DNA from: Vicugna vicugna
Lineage: Eukaryota
Reading direction: 5' to 3'
Assembly: GCA_013265495.1 (NCBI GenBank)
Contig: MU058636.1
Location: 4,065,741-4,129,740 of the forward strand
DNA: 64,000 nt
Positions within the stretch are counted from its first letter, which is position 1. The number at the start of each line of letters is the position of its first letter. A model generated the notes under the pieces. That model saw only the letters and a list, made by a program, of their open reading frames with translations, was not told the DNA's origin and made no database searches. This document shows positions 51,494 to 64,000 of this stretch, in pieces. A program made the position numbers and the translations under genes.

Positions 51494-53209
51494 AAAATTG
51501 AAATGGCATAAACACTTGTACACTGGCATACTGGTAATTTCTTTTTCTCCCTAGATTTTCATGGATGTCTCAGGTGCAACCATACACACGCACCTCAAAT
51601 CTTTGCAGTGAAGAGACCCCCCAACAATGATGGGAGAAGACATCCAAGCACCAGTGAAGTATTTGATGCTGCGAGGTCTCTGAAACAGATAGAACGAGTG
51701 CTTTTCTGTGCCTTTGTACAGTGTGAAAGTAGTAAGAGAAAGAGTAAACGATTTGGGGACAGTATTCTGGGATAATCATGTCCATCTGGTCTCGAGCCTT
51801 TTCTGTACATGGCAGGGGCCCACTCAACCTTTGTTTCTTCAAGCTTCTATCAAGCTTTTGAGGATTTTTCTTTTTCTTCACGCATAGACCATCTCCTTAG
51901 ATTCCCAGGAAGCAGGCCATTTGGTGGAAGAAAACTGAACAACCACTTCTAAAGGAATTCAAATAAATTATTTTTTTAGTGTTATCATTGAGTTCATTAA
52001 AAATGGACTTCGTCTAAGTTAACATTAGGAAAAAGAATTCTAGTGGTTTTCAAATATTCTTTACCTTTTAAGATATAAATACATATCTTATTTCCAGTGA
52101 TTCATCCTTAAGAAATCAGTGACACTTTACAGATATATAAACCAATGCTCACAGAAGACCAGGATCTTGACTTTACACTGCCAAAGCAATGGCTCCCAGG
52201 CTTCACTGCCACTCTGGATTTGACCTGCCTCATCTCCTGCCTCTCCACCTTGTGGCTGAAGAGCTCTAATGACCTTTGCTCCTGAATCTCTTACTTCAGG
52301 GGCCAGTCACTTGAAGTTGAGAAAATAAAAGTAGAATCCTGGCTGACTTTTAAGAATGACAAGCAGAAATCAACACTGCTGGCTCTTATCTCTACTGGAT
52401 TTCAGTTTAATAAAATGAAGACATCTGTCTCACCATCTGAAGATTCTCTAACAATGTGTTTGAATCCCTCCAGATTATTCTACTTTGATGGCTAGACATG
52501 TAGTAGTGATTAAGAAGCTGGGCCACAGAGATGGACAGAAGTGTCATCTTGTGGCTATGCCTCCCCTAGTCCCCTGTAGACACTCCATTAAGCCAGGAGC
52601 CATCTCAGAACTTGTCTATCCATTTCATTGCTCCAAGGGAGACACAATTGTCCAGAGTTGACCCGCCAGATGGAACCCACCTGCTATCCCCAAGCTGACA
52701 AAGTCTATAACCTGGAGTAGACCTTACAGGCTCATAAAGGCAAAAGAGTAAAATGATTTAAGAAATACAGAAAATGGCATTTTTAATGAGGTAAAGTTAG
52801 AGAAAATTTACTAACCTTTTGCAGCACATCTGAGAGACAATTTACTAAATGTGCCAGAAAAAGGACATTAGGAAGGGGAATCACAGACAACAGGCCTCTC
52901 CCTCCTGCTCTAGCATACTAGATATTCACAGGCCAAATACAAATGATTAGCTATTACTTGCTTGACCTCTGTGTTCTGTCAGTTTGGCTAAATGAACAAT
53001 AACTGTGTGACAAGTCAGCAATCAATATCTGTGCCTGCATATTGTGTGCTAGGAAGTTTGGTAGAGAGTAAAAATCATTAAGCACAAATATTATTTAATG
53101 TTGGACAATGCAAACTGTTGCTTCAACACAAGTCACTGTCATTTTTAGTGAGGTACGTTACTTTCTTTTCCTCTTAAAACTTTACATCTAATTCCAAATA
53201 GAAGGCATG

Positions 53210-53425
53210 AGTGGTGGTTAAGAACATAGACTCTGGCCAGAATGTGCTTCAGTCTGAACCCCAGCTCTGCCCTGTTATGGCTTTGTGACACTGGGTTAGT
53301 TACTCAATCTTGAAAAATGAGGAAAATAACACCCACATCATATTATTGTTATTGAAATTAAATGAATTCATATTTGTACACTGCTTAGAACAATGGCTGG
53401 CAAATAGTACCATAAGAGTTTATTA
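53210..53425 (+). mobile_element. MIR SINE
   Basis: 'gtggtggttaagaacatagactctgg…ccccagctctgcc…gcttagaacaatggctggcaaatagta'. Confidence 0.75.
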
Positions 53426-54321
53426 AATCAACAAAAAAATCTCTTCTTAGAGTGTATGAACATGGAATAACTGCACATGTTATCAAGCCTCGTTGAACTG
53501 CAATAAATCTGATTATTTTTATTACACAACTAAAGAAACTGAGTTAAGACCCAGAAAAATAAAATATCTTGCTTAAGGATCCAACACTTGGCAAAACATA
53601 CTTAAATCAATTTACATAAAACACTGCCTAGGAGAAATACAAATATCTTTTCTCTTGCTTCCTTAATCAAAAAAAAAAGGAAGCATTAAAAGAAGAAAAA
53701 AAAGACAGGGAAATAAGTTGAGATTCATCATTTCTCACATGACAATATGAGTCAGCACCTATCTACACAGCTGGATCAAAGAACGTGATGGACCCCTCCC
53801 TTCTGCTGACTCTCTCTGCCTTACTAACGGCATGGCAACTAGAGGTGAAACAAGGCACAGGAGGGTTCCCACTAGGTCTACTAAATTAATACAAGTGCAT
53901 AACCGACATGATGCTGGTGCTCGCAGGGACAACTACAAGTTCTACTGTCTTGGATAACAGTGCTCAACATTGTCAATAACTGTATTATTTCTGTGCGTTG
54001 TTTCATTTCACTGACTCTGAATTTGATTGTTTTGTCTCTAATAATTTTGTCTGCATGATCACAATTATCATAATTAAAGTAGCAAACATATCCATCACCT
54101 CCAAAAGTTTCCACACACCCCCTTATCTCAGGCAATCACTGATCTGCTTCTTATAATGTAGACAGTTTATAGATTAGCTTATATTTTCTAGAATTTTATA
54201 TAAATTGAACTATCCAGTATGTACTCTTTGGGGGGAGGTTGTGGGTTCTTTCATTCATTAATATTTTCAAATTCATTCATATTCTTGCTTTTTAATTGCA
54301 GAACAGTATCCCATTGTATGG

Positions 54322-54731
54322 TGCTATGAATAGAACTGTGCTCTCCCTAAAACCGTATGTTGAAGTTCTAACCTTATTTGGAAACAGGATTATTACAGAG
54401 GTAATCAAGTTAAAATGAGATCATTAGGGTGGTCCCTAATCAAATATAGGTGGTGCTCTTATAAAATGAGAAGTTTAGGTCCAGAGAAATACACAGACAG
54501 AAGATGATGTAAAGACACAGGAAAAACACCTGTGTTCTACATCTCAAGGAATGTCTGCGGCTGCCAGAAGCTGGGAGAGAAGGATGGACTAGATCGCCCT
54601 CAAAGCCCTCAGAAGGAACCAGTCCTCATGACAACTTACTTTTGGAGTTCTAGCCTCCAGAACCGTGAGACAATAAATACCCGCTGTTTAAACCACTCAT
54701 TTTGTTACAGCAGCCCTAAGAAACTAAAACA
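54322..54731 (+). mobile_element. MaLR LTR (MLT1A/B-like)
   Basis: 'tgctatgaatagaactgtg…tatgttgaagttctaacc…gaggtaatcaagttaaaatgagatcattagggtgg…ctagcctccagaaccgtgagacaataaat…ttgttacagcagccctaagaaactaaaaca'. Confidence 0.85.
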
Positions 54732-55023
54732 TATGAATATACAAAATATGTTTGCCCATCTGCGTTGTTTCCAGTCAAATTTTAGCTATTCCAAATGTTT
54801 CTATGAACATTCATAGCAGCTTTGTAGAGACAAAGGCTTTCACTTCTCCTTGGTAAATATCTAGAAGAAGGATGAATCACATAGTAGGTGTATGTTTTAC
54901 TTTTCCAAAAAACTACTAAACTATTTTCCAAAGTGATTGTACCATTTAAAATTCTGACCAGCAGCCTATGAAAATTCTGTTTCCTCCACATCCTTGCTAA
55001 TATTTGGTTTGACCAGTCTTTTC

Positions 55024-55221
55024 TTTCTTTCTTTTTTTACATTTTTTAAATTAAGTTATAGTCATTTTACAATGCGTCAAATTCCAGTGTACAGCACAAT
55101 TTTTCAGTTATATCTGAACATACATGTATTCATTGTTGCATTTTTTTTCGCTGTGAGCTACGAGATCTTGTATATATTTCCCTGTGCTATACAGTACAAT
55201 CTTGTTTATCTATTCTGCATA
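55024..55221 (-). mobile_element. Young 5'-truncated L1 3' tail with a 14-bp perfect TSD
   Basis: This is the reverse complement of the 58.8-59.0 kb tail family. The TSD tgaccagtcttttc lies at 55010-55023 and 55222-55235. Confidence 0.9.
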
Positions 55222-57978
55222 TGACCAGTCTTTTCAATTTCAGCCATTCTTATAGGTAAGGAGTGGTATTTCATTACAGTTTTAATTTGCATTTTTCTAA
55301 TAACAACACTAAGCATCTTTTCATATGCTTATTTGCCATCTGTATATCTTCTTTGAAGAGGCATTTGCTCATTCTTTCTGCTTATTTCACTGGGTTTTGT
55401 GTTTTCTCATTACTGAGTTTTGAATATTATTTATATATTTTGAATACAAACCCCTTATTGATTTATAAATATTTTTTAAACTTTAAAAAAAATTTTTGAC
55501 TGATTTATACCTTGCACTATATAATAACTCAAAATGGATTACAATCTTAAGTGTAAAGCCTAGAGTTATACAACTTCCGGGAGAAAACACAGGAGGAAAC
55601 ATTTGTGATCTTGGATTAGGCAAAGATTTCTTCAACAGGACACTGAAAGCATGATCTATAAACAAACTGGTAAAATGGATTTTATCAAAATTGAAAATGT
55701 CTGCTCTTTAAAAGGCTGTTTTAAAAATAAATAAGACAAACATCAAACTGAAAATATTTCCAAAACATACATCTGATACAGAATTTTTATTTATAATACT
55801 CTTGAAGTACAGTAACAAGAAAATCATCAACTCAATATTAAAAATGGGCAAAGTATTTTCTCCCATTCTGTAGCTTGTCTTTTCATTTCTTATGTTTCAT
55901 CCCAGAAGTTGAAGTTTCAGATTTTATATTTAAATGTGTGATTCACCTTAATTTTTATATATGCCATGAAGTATGGATTGAGAGACTGACGTACTCTCTC
56001 TTTTCTGCATACAGATATCCAATTTTTCCAGCACCATTCATTGAAATGAATATTTTTTTCCATTGAACTGCCTTTGTACCTTTGTCAAAAATCAGTTGTC
56101 CATATGTATTGGTCTGCCCATATATTTTTTTGAATCTTTCTTCCATTCTGTTAAACTGTTATCAGTCTTTATGCCATTTCCACATTGTCTTGATTACTTT
56201 TGTTTTATAATAGCCTTGAAATCAGGCAGAGTTAATTCTCCAATCTTGCTTGTTTTAAAGTTGTTTTGGCTAACTTAGATCTTACTCATTTTAATATAAA
56301 TTTTAGAATTAGCTTGTCAATTTCCACTCTCAAAACAGCCAGCTGGGATTTCAATTTCCTGGGTGGACACCAAGGAACACTTCTTCTAATCCTTTACAAT
56401 AGTTATTTCCTAGCATCAGGCGGTTACCTTATAAATATGCACTGATCAGTACTCTCCGGGATACTCATCTGCAGATCTCTATGGAGTCCCCTCTTTGGGC
56501 AGCTTTCTCATCTCTGTTAGTTGTACTGTAAATTCTAGCTTCTCTGAATGCTCAGCTTAATCTCCTCAATTTAGGGAATCTGACCAGGCTGACCAAGACA
56601 ATAAGAGAGTAGAAACAAATTACTATATCAGGAGTGAAAGAATGATATCTTTACAGACCCACCATACATTAAAATATTATAAGGGAATACTGTGAAGAAC
56701 TCTAAGCACATACATTCAGAAGCTTAGGTGAAATGGAGCAATTCCTTGAAAGACACAAACTACCAAAACTCACTGAAGAAGAAATAGATACAGTTCTATA
56801 TCTGTTAAAAAAAAAAACAGAATTCATAACTAAATGGCAGAAGTCTGTATGGACAGAGAAAAATAAGACTAACTTATGGATGGAGAGCTCCTTATTTTGC
56901 CCCTAGTTTGGAGCAGACTGGTCCCCAAATCTGAGATTTTGGTTGCTAACTTATTTGGTCAAAGGTGCTGAGTAAGTAGTAGGCTATGAACCATAGGTTT
57001 TGAGCAAATGTCTTGAAATAGGAGAATGATATGATAAATGGTTCTGAAGGTCTTATCTTCCTTAAATTAAGGAGATTATTTTGGCAAATGTGTTTTGGAA
57101 CAGATATCTGCTTAGAACAGACAGCATCTAGAGACAAGAATACTAACCAGGAGGAGGCTAACAAAATGTGGTGGTAAAGATCTAAGCTAGGCAGGCAGTT
57201 TTCAAAAATGAATGTAAGGGATAAATCTAAGAATTGGTATGGTTTATTGCAAAACCACATGTTTATTTTTATTTTTCTCCAAGTAAGGTATTTTTCTACA
57301 AAAGATAATATATAGCTATGCTTTTTGGGTAAAAAGCAATACATATTAAACATTTGTAAAGCATCTGGGAAAAGATGCCTAGTTTAATACTCCTTTCCCC
57401 CATCTGTTTTATTTTAGACAGTTAAATATGCTTTGGACCAGTTGCATTTTTCATAACTATTTTTTGGGACATTAAAATGGTTAACTGCTCCAAGCAGAAA
57501 ATGAAAACCTTGAAATAGAGGCAGAATAAGTAATACTTCTGTTCAATCAAATATAGAATTTAAATACACAATTAAGCTGCTTCTGTTTATATGCTTTAAC
57601 ATTAAAATCGTCTTACCCCATACAATAATTGAAGTTACCCGAAGGAAAATAACCAATTTGAGACTGAGTAAAACGAGCCTGGTGGTCTCAGAGACAAGCG
57701 TATTTAGTCAAGTAGTGCTGGTAAAATCTATTTTGACACGTAATTTTGAGAGTAAGCCTTTAGGTCAGCATTGAGTTTGCGCTTATGCTGAGAACTAAAA
57801 CAAATGTGGCCAAGAGAACAGCTCCAGCAATGTTGTCAGTGTTTCTAACTTCAGCCCCATCTGTTTGAAAATTTCTGCCGTGGTGCCCAGAACAGCTTGT
57901 TTTTAGCACTGAGGCATTTTCAAGGGGCACATTTTTCTAAGGACCAAATAATCTTTAAAATATTCAAAAGGAAAACAG

Positions 57979-58061
57979 GAAAAGGGTATATAGTTCAGTA
58001 GCAGAGTGCATGACTAGCATGCACAAGGTCCTGGGTTCAATCCCCAGTACCTCCATTAAAA

Positions 58062-58105
<44 letters not shown>

Positions 58106-58160
58106 CCTAATTACCTACCCTCTCCAAAAACAAAAACAAACAAACAAAAAAAACAAACCA
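57979..58160 (+). mobile_element. tRNA-derived SINE, camelid type, second copy
   Basis: 'gggtatatagttcagtagcagagtgcatgactagcatgcacaaggtcctgggttcaatccccagtacctcc', a long internal poly(A), 'aacctaattacct' and a (CAAA)n tail. The TSD is aaaagga[a/g]aacag at 57966-57978 and 58161-58173. Confidence 0.9.
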
Positions 58161-58189
58161 AAAAGGAGAACAGAATAGTCTTCTAAGCT

Positions 58190-58348
58190 CTTGCTACTCA
58201 AAGCGTGGTTCTCAGGTCAGCACTACGAAGTCCTGGGAGTGCACCAGACGTGCAGCATCTCAGGCCCCATCCTGAACTACTGAATCAGAATGTCAAGTCA
58301 TTTCATCCAAGACTTCCAGGCGATTGTTATTAAAATTTGGGACACTGG
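58190..58348 (+). mobile_element. MER5-like hAT MITE
   Basis: 'ctactcaaagcgtggt…gcatctcaggccccatcctgaactactgaatcagaat…aaatttgggacactg'. Confidence 0.7.
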
Positions 58349-58801
58349 TTTAGGCTCTTTTGTTAGAGGGTGGACTGGGGGATGTTTTAAGAGATACGTG
58401 TGATTCTTTAGGTGGGGGCTCTGACATTGCAGCTGTGTGAATGAAGAGCATGAAGGCAAAATAAAGAAAAGGAAAAGGCTTCTTTGAGAATTCAATCTTG
58501 GCTGGCAACAACGCTCAGAGGATAAACCTCTACTGTGGCACAACAGCATTCGTAGAGGCCTCCGGGATGCTCGTCAAGTTCAAAGGCAGGAGCTCCAATG
58601 TCAGGTAGGTGGTATTAATGCTTTCTTCACATATACACAAATCTATATATTTTCTTAAGTATACATTTATGAATTGACTATCTTCAAGGGGCCAATCCTT
58701 CAGCACTTTATCAGACCAAGAGAAAATGATGAGGCCTGTAAACAGTCTGACTCTTTAATCACACAGACATCTCATTCCCATAGGAGGGACACAAAGAAAA
58801 G

Positions 58802-59037
58802 AGGGTGGAGGGGTGGAGGGTGGGAAGGGATAGACTGGGATTTCAAAATTGTAGAATAGATAAACAAGATTACACTGTATAGCACAGGGAAATATACACA
58901 AAATGTTATGATAACTCACAGAAAAAAAATGTGACAATGAGTGTGTATATGTCCATGAATGACTGAAAAATTGTGCTGAACACTGGAATTTGACACAACA
59001 TTGTAAAATGATTATAAATCAATAAAAAATTAAAAAA
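58802..59037 (+). mobile_element. Young 5'-truncated L1 3'UTR/tail
   Basis: 'gggtgggaagggatagactgggatttcaaaattgtagaatagataaacaagattacactgtatagcacagggaaatatac…aatcaataaaaaa' plus poly(A). The TSD is aaagaaaag at 58793-58801 and 59038-59046. Confidence 0.88.
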
Positions 59038-59689
59038 AAAGAAAAGGTTCCCTTTGTAACCCACAATCTGAAGAGATGCAAACTGAGTCCTATATCAGGG
59101 TCCAAATTCGGTCTTTTTCTAATTTCCAAAGTGCAACCCTTGACCCAAATCTCTGGACACACATAGAGCTCTGCCAGTAACACTCTGTTCACTCTGACGA
59201 GGGAGTTCTTCCCATTCAGTCTCTGGCAGGCAGGACCCCTCTACTTTGTTTCAAGATGAATTTTCTAGTTCCATCTTTGTACATTGTGTTCTCAAAGACC
59301 TTTATGGAAAGGACAGACAGATCTAGATGACCTAGGTCAAGCAGTTCCACATGTGATGGAGTGTTGAGCTGGGCTTGGGAGGAGCCCCAGCTTCTCCTCG
59401 TGGGTCTCTGTGTCTCCTCCCTGTAGCAGCTACTCTCATGACCTTTAGATGGTTCATCAATGTGATTCCAGCTAGAAATGACTATATAAAGTGACATCTA
59501 AATGTCCAATAATGGTGGTTTAACCATTTATTATGCTCTGCTTGGATGCTTAAAATGTTCTTCATTGAATCATCCTCAATGCTTCTGAGAATTCAACCAA
59601 TGAATTACCACATGGAACCTACACCGAATGTCCAGGCCCCGATGTCCTGGTATTAGAGACAGCAAGGGACAGCAAGGAACAGCAGGAGG

Positions 59690-59905
59690 AACACTGGCTC
59701 TGAAGGCAGACACACTGGATTTGGCACCTTAGCGCTGCATGGCTAGCCGCTCCACCTCAGGGAAGTTACCTAAGCCTCACTGAGCTCCGGGTCCTCAGTC
59801 TGACAGGGAAAGTGGCATCTACTGTGTAGTGAGTGCTCTGCGAGGACTAAGGAGGATAAAGGTACATCATCCAGCAAAATAAAGGCATTCAGTGGGTATC
59901 AAGAC
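59690..59905 (+). mobile_element. MIR SINE, degenerate
   Basis: 'cactggctctgaaggcagacacactggattt…cctcagggaagttacctaagcctcactgagc'. Confidence 0.6.
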
Positions 59906-62244
59906 TACTCTGCTCTCTTTTTTTTTTCATTCATTCATTTGTTTATTCTTTCATTTATACCTTCACATATTCATTCAACAAATATTTATTATCCATCTAC
60001 TCACTGATAGGTACAGGTCTCTTTTCTTTTGATGGTGAATATTTCAGCCTGGTTTCCTTAGAAAACGGAGCCTAAATCAAAACGAAGGTGCTCATGCTTT
60101 GTTGAGGGGCGCAGTCCAGAGAAGCAAATGTGAAGGAGGCACATAAGCGAGGTAGGAGAAGAGAGAAGGCAGGCACAAAGGCGTGCCTTCCAAGCTGTTC
60201 AGACTTTACTGGGAAACACAGTGGTTGCTCAGACACATCTGACGTCCCCAGAGAGGGCATATGGAAACACTGGGTCCCAGAACAGTCTCTCGCATAGGAG
60301 TAAAGGAGAAGAATCTATCTGTTGGCTCCCTTCCGTTTCCTGTTGCTTAATAGCCAAAGTCTCCCCTTCTCTTCACCACTGGGTGTTAACCACCCCGCCC
60401 ATGACACATATTTCTGGGAAATGCGTCACAAGAGCAGTGGCATCAAGCTTGTGGAAGGGATGAGGCAGCAACACTTTATGCCCACCTCTCTGCAACCTGC
60501 AGACTTGAAGACCCCTCCTGGAAAGCCAGTGCAGTGGGTAGGTGGGTGGAGTGCTCAGCATGGAGGGCCCTGGCGTCTGTCTGCACGGCAACAGTGACAG
60601 GGAAGTGCAGGGCAGAAAGGCAGGGCCCCACAGTGTGAGGTCAGAAGTGTGAGAGGAAGCCTGGTTTGGTCTTGCTTCTAGCGACATGGGAGATCAGCAG
60701 CAGCAGGACCAACCCCTGGCCAGCCCAGTGCGATGACAAATCAGCCTCCATCATGAGGGCAGGGACAGAGCTCAGTGAGTCCCTTCCAGGAAAGAGGGAC
60801 ATCGCCTCTCTGTACCAATAAGAATGCCAGTGGTGCCAAGTGACCTTCCTGGAGGGTCATCAGTAGCACCAAGCAGGAGAATATGCCCAAGCAAATCTGA
60901 GACGTGCATAAACTGGGCCTGGAATTATGAGGACAGGATGCAGGCTTTCAAGAGTTTACAAACGTGGAGGGATGGAAAACTGACTCATGATGCAGTTATG
61001 AGTTGGGTCAAGTTTATTTTTAGTGCCCCTCTGATTCACGCTCATGAGAAAGGTTGGGTTTAGAGACCCTGCTTTGTGAGTTAGCTTGTCAACTGACCTC
61101 AAAGTCCAGGCTCAACCATATCACTGTACCTACTGCCTCAGTACAAAGATGGTGCCGAAGCCAAGGGACTAAATGTCATCGCCCAGCATGAACAGAGACA
61201 GGGCCCAGAACCCAGTGTACTTGCAGTGACAGAACAAGAGGCTGTGGAAAACACTGGGGGAGGTGGAGAGAAGGGGAAAGGTTTTAGCAACAGAGAGAGA
61301 ACCAAGAGAGAAATCAATTAAGAAAGAAGAGATTTTCAGGTTGAAGGGAGTGACCGCCAGGGTCAGATGGTGTCAAGAAGCCAACCTAGTAGAACAGGAA
61401 TAAGAAACAAGAAAACAGAGTTTTGTGATTGCAGCTTTGACTGGAACAATTCTGCAATAAGATGGTGGCTAGAAACTCTGCAAAGGATTGAACAGTGCAA
61501 GGGGAGTGAGGAAACAGAGCTGGTATTTTTTTTCCAAAAATATTTTTACTCTGAATTGTCAGAAAGAAAAATAGCTTGAAGCTTGAAGAGAAGTAGAGCT
61601 GAAGCAAGGTATATTTTTTCAAAATATCGTAATTCATTTATCTGATCTGCCTTGATATCTCTGGGTTGTTTCCAATATTTGACAGTTATAAATAGTGGTT
61701 TAATAAACATTCTTGTAAGTATCTTTGGGTGTATATGTGCGTCTGTTTGGCTTGAGCATATCTCTAGGCATAGTGATAGTGCATTTCTATATTCAAGTGA
61801 TAACCCAATTTACTAATATGTCAGTTAGATCACATTGATCAATAGCAGATCTGTGATCTTACTACTGCTGTGTTTGCATGTTCACTTGTTCTTTAAGTAA
61901 CAGATGAAGGTGTGTTAAGACCCACAGTACATTATTGACATATATTTCCTCTTTTACTTTTGTTAATTTTTGTTGTGTATATTTAGAAGAATATACACAT
62001 TTAGAATTGTCTATTTAAGCATATACAGATGTCGGATTTTCTATATCTTTCTGGTAATTTAAAATTTTTATCACTAAGAAATTTTTTTTAAACAACCTCT
62101 AGTAATATTTCTTGTCTTACAGTTTTCTTTATCTGACAGTCACTATCTTCTGCTTAGAGTTTGTTAGGAATATTTTCTTCTGTCCTTTTATTTTCAACCT
62201 CTCTGTATTTTTATATGTAAAATGCATTTCTTAGAATCAGCATA

Positions 62245-62692
62245 CAGATGGTCCCTTACTTAAGATGGTTTGACTTCATAATTTTTCAATTTTACAGCGG
62301 TGTAAAAGTGATATGCATTCCATAGGAACCATGCTTTTTTGAATTCTGATCTTTTGCCAGGCTAGTAATACATGGTGTGACTCTCACAATGCTGGGCAGT
62401 GGCAGCCACGTGGTCACGAGGGGAAACAACTGATAAACTTACAACCATTCTGTTTTCACCTGCAGTACAGTAGTCAGCAAATTACACTGAGATATTCAAC
62501 ACTCTGTTGCAAAATAGGATTTCTGTCAGATGACTTTGCCCACCTGTGGGCTAATATAAGTGTTTTGAGCACGTGTAAGGTAGACTCAGCTAAGCTATGA
62601 TGTTTGGTAGGTTAGGGGTAGTGAATGTATTTTTGACTTGATGTTTTCAACTTACTATGGGTTTATCGGAATGTAACCCCATTGTAAATCTG
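62245..62692 (-). mobile_element. MER47/Tigger5-like TcMar-Tigger element with TA target duplication
   Basis: It starts ta|cagatggtcccttacttaagatggtttgactt and ends …gggtttatcggaatgtaaccccattgtaaatctg|ta. The internal 'ctaagctatgatgtttggtaggttagg' matches the recalled MER47 consensus. Confidence 0.8.
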
Positions 62693-63559
62693 TACAGTTG
62701 TTTCTTACTCTCATCTGCTCTGATCAAATTTTCCCATTTGTAAAGCATTTTATTCCATTTATGTTTCTTACAATTATCTAGAAGCAAGGTATTTTTTTAA
62801 GATGGTGGAATTACTTATTCTATTCATTGGCAGAGGGGACTGAAAACATAAGTGAGGGAAGGAAAGTGATGACTGCTGGGGCAAGTTCTAGAGCTGATGG
62901 ATGGCAATGATACCCCGAGTCCAGCGCACAAGACAAGGGACACCTGCAGAGGAGTCCAGGGAACACTGGTCCCTATGCCAAGGGATGGTATGATACGAGT
63001 ACCATAACAAACCAGTGCTGCGCAGGGCAGTGCTAAGTAGCATGTGCAATACTTTTGTTGTTAACGTCATAATCTTTAGTTTTAGCGAAAACTAATCCAA
63101 GGGCAACCAGAGATGAGCCTGGACTGAAAAGGCCACTTTTCTGGTGTTGGTCTCTTAGAGATGGGGAGTGGGCTGCACCTGCAGCCTTGGGGGGGGTGCT
63201 CTCTCACTGCTGACATCATAACAGGCAGACTTGCAGCACAGGCCTCCAGCCCAGAGAGCCATCCCTGAGCCTCCTGTTGGCTCCAGCTGATCCAGGCATT
63301 CCCCAGGGGTGGCTGAGGACTAGGTGTCGATGATCGGCTCTTCCCCACCAGTGAGCTATTTTCACTGTGTGGGGGGGTTTAATACAGGCGGCACCAAAGG
63401 CTACATGTATATATATGCACATGGGCTTTTATAAAGTAGAAAAGTACTGAATTTATTAAAACTTAAAAAAAAACAGCCCTGTCTCAGATGTCACATTATC
63501 TACAGAAACAAGCAAAGTACCACGTCCTTAATGATGCCCAATGAAAACATACACTGCAG

Positions 63560-63800
63560 TGTGTGGTATGGAAGTGTAAAGGCCTCTATTTGCAAGCTGG
63601 GTTAACTGGGTTTGAATTCTGGTTCTGTCACTTAAGAGTTGTGTAACCTTGGGCAAGTTAATCTCTCCATGACTCAGTTTTCTCTTTTGCAAAATGGGGA
63701 TGGAAACAATCCCTTGTCTTAAAAGGCTGTGGTAGCAAAGTCTCTGTAAGCCTCAATGCCCCATATAGAAAAAGCATGGTATATGTTGACTATTACTATT
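63560..63800 (+). mobile_element. MIR SINE
   Basis: 'ctgggtttgaattctggttctgtcactta…tgtgtaaccttgggcaagtta…ctcagttttctcttttgcaaaatggggatg'. Confidence 0.85.
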
Positions 63801-64000
63801 AAATGAATTTGTTTTAGTATAAAGGAGACGCTTTAAAGTTCAAACTGTGTTACAAAGCAGCAATGTAACCCTGAAAAACAACTCCACAAAATGGCCAAAT
63901 TCCAGACACAACACAATTTTGTTCTTGAATTAGAAATACTACAGCATGGGTTTCTGTACACAGGTCACGGGCCAGCTTGGGTCTCTGGGTCTCAGGAGGA

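Larger units (their letters stand above)
54040..56355 (-). mobile_element. Old L1 3' region (antisense) hosting nested insertions
   Basis: 'ggcaatcactgatctgctt…tattttctagaattttatataaat' and 'actattttccaaagtgattgtaccattt…tttaatttgcatttttctaataa'. It is interrupted by an MLT1 LTR, a young L1 tail and a sense-strand L1 piece. Confidence 0.8.

Noticed and set aside
51595..51950. Possible minus-strand exon (tttag|aag … gag|gtgcgt) with 103-aa and 71-aa ORFs
   Set aside because: All three frames contain stops across the putative exon, the donor is weak, and no protein is recognisable.
1..64000. CRISPR arrays, operons or prokaryote-type defence systems
   Set aside because: The sequence is mammalian repeat-rich DNA with no regularly spaced repeats or gene-dense ORF clusters.

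Overview
This is mammalian, non-prokaryotic DNA. It is most likely camelid (camel/alpaca/llama), inferred from two tRNA-derived SINEs and a characteristic young L1 3' tail. The window is repeat-dense intergenic or intronic sequence (L1, L2, MIR, MaLR/ERVL LTRs, hAT and Tigger MITEs) with one 99-N assembly gap. I recognise no intact protein-coding gene, and the ORF track is almost all noise. Two decayed processed pseudogenes are recognisable: CDC42 (minus, ~9.27-10.79 kb, nested in an old L1 3' end) and CCDC117 (plus, from ~19.5 kb). A possible start-codon exon of a minus-strand gene leaves the window at the left edge. The most notable unexplained structures are: an exact 75-bp templated insertion with a fold-back junction at ~6.93-7.03 kb; a CpG-gaining patch with a splice donor inside the CDC42 retrocopy; a TSD-flanked 90-bp retroposed LTR-like 3' end; a micro 3' transduction; and a possible ancient Tc1/mariner transposase remnant at ~47.6-48.0 kb. 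I see no convincing evidence of a new multi-gene biological system. Repeat family names come from recalled consensus similarity, not a database search, and repeat boundaries are approximate.
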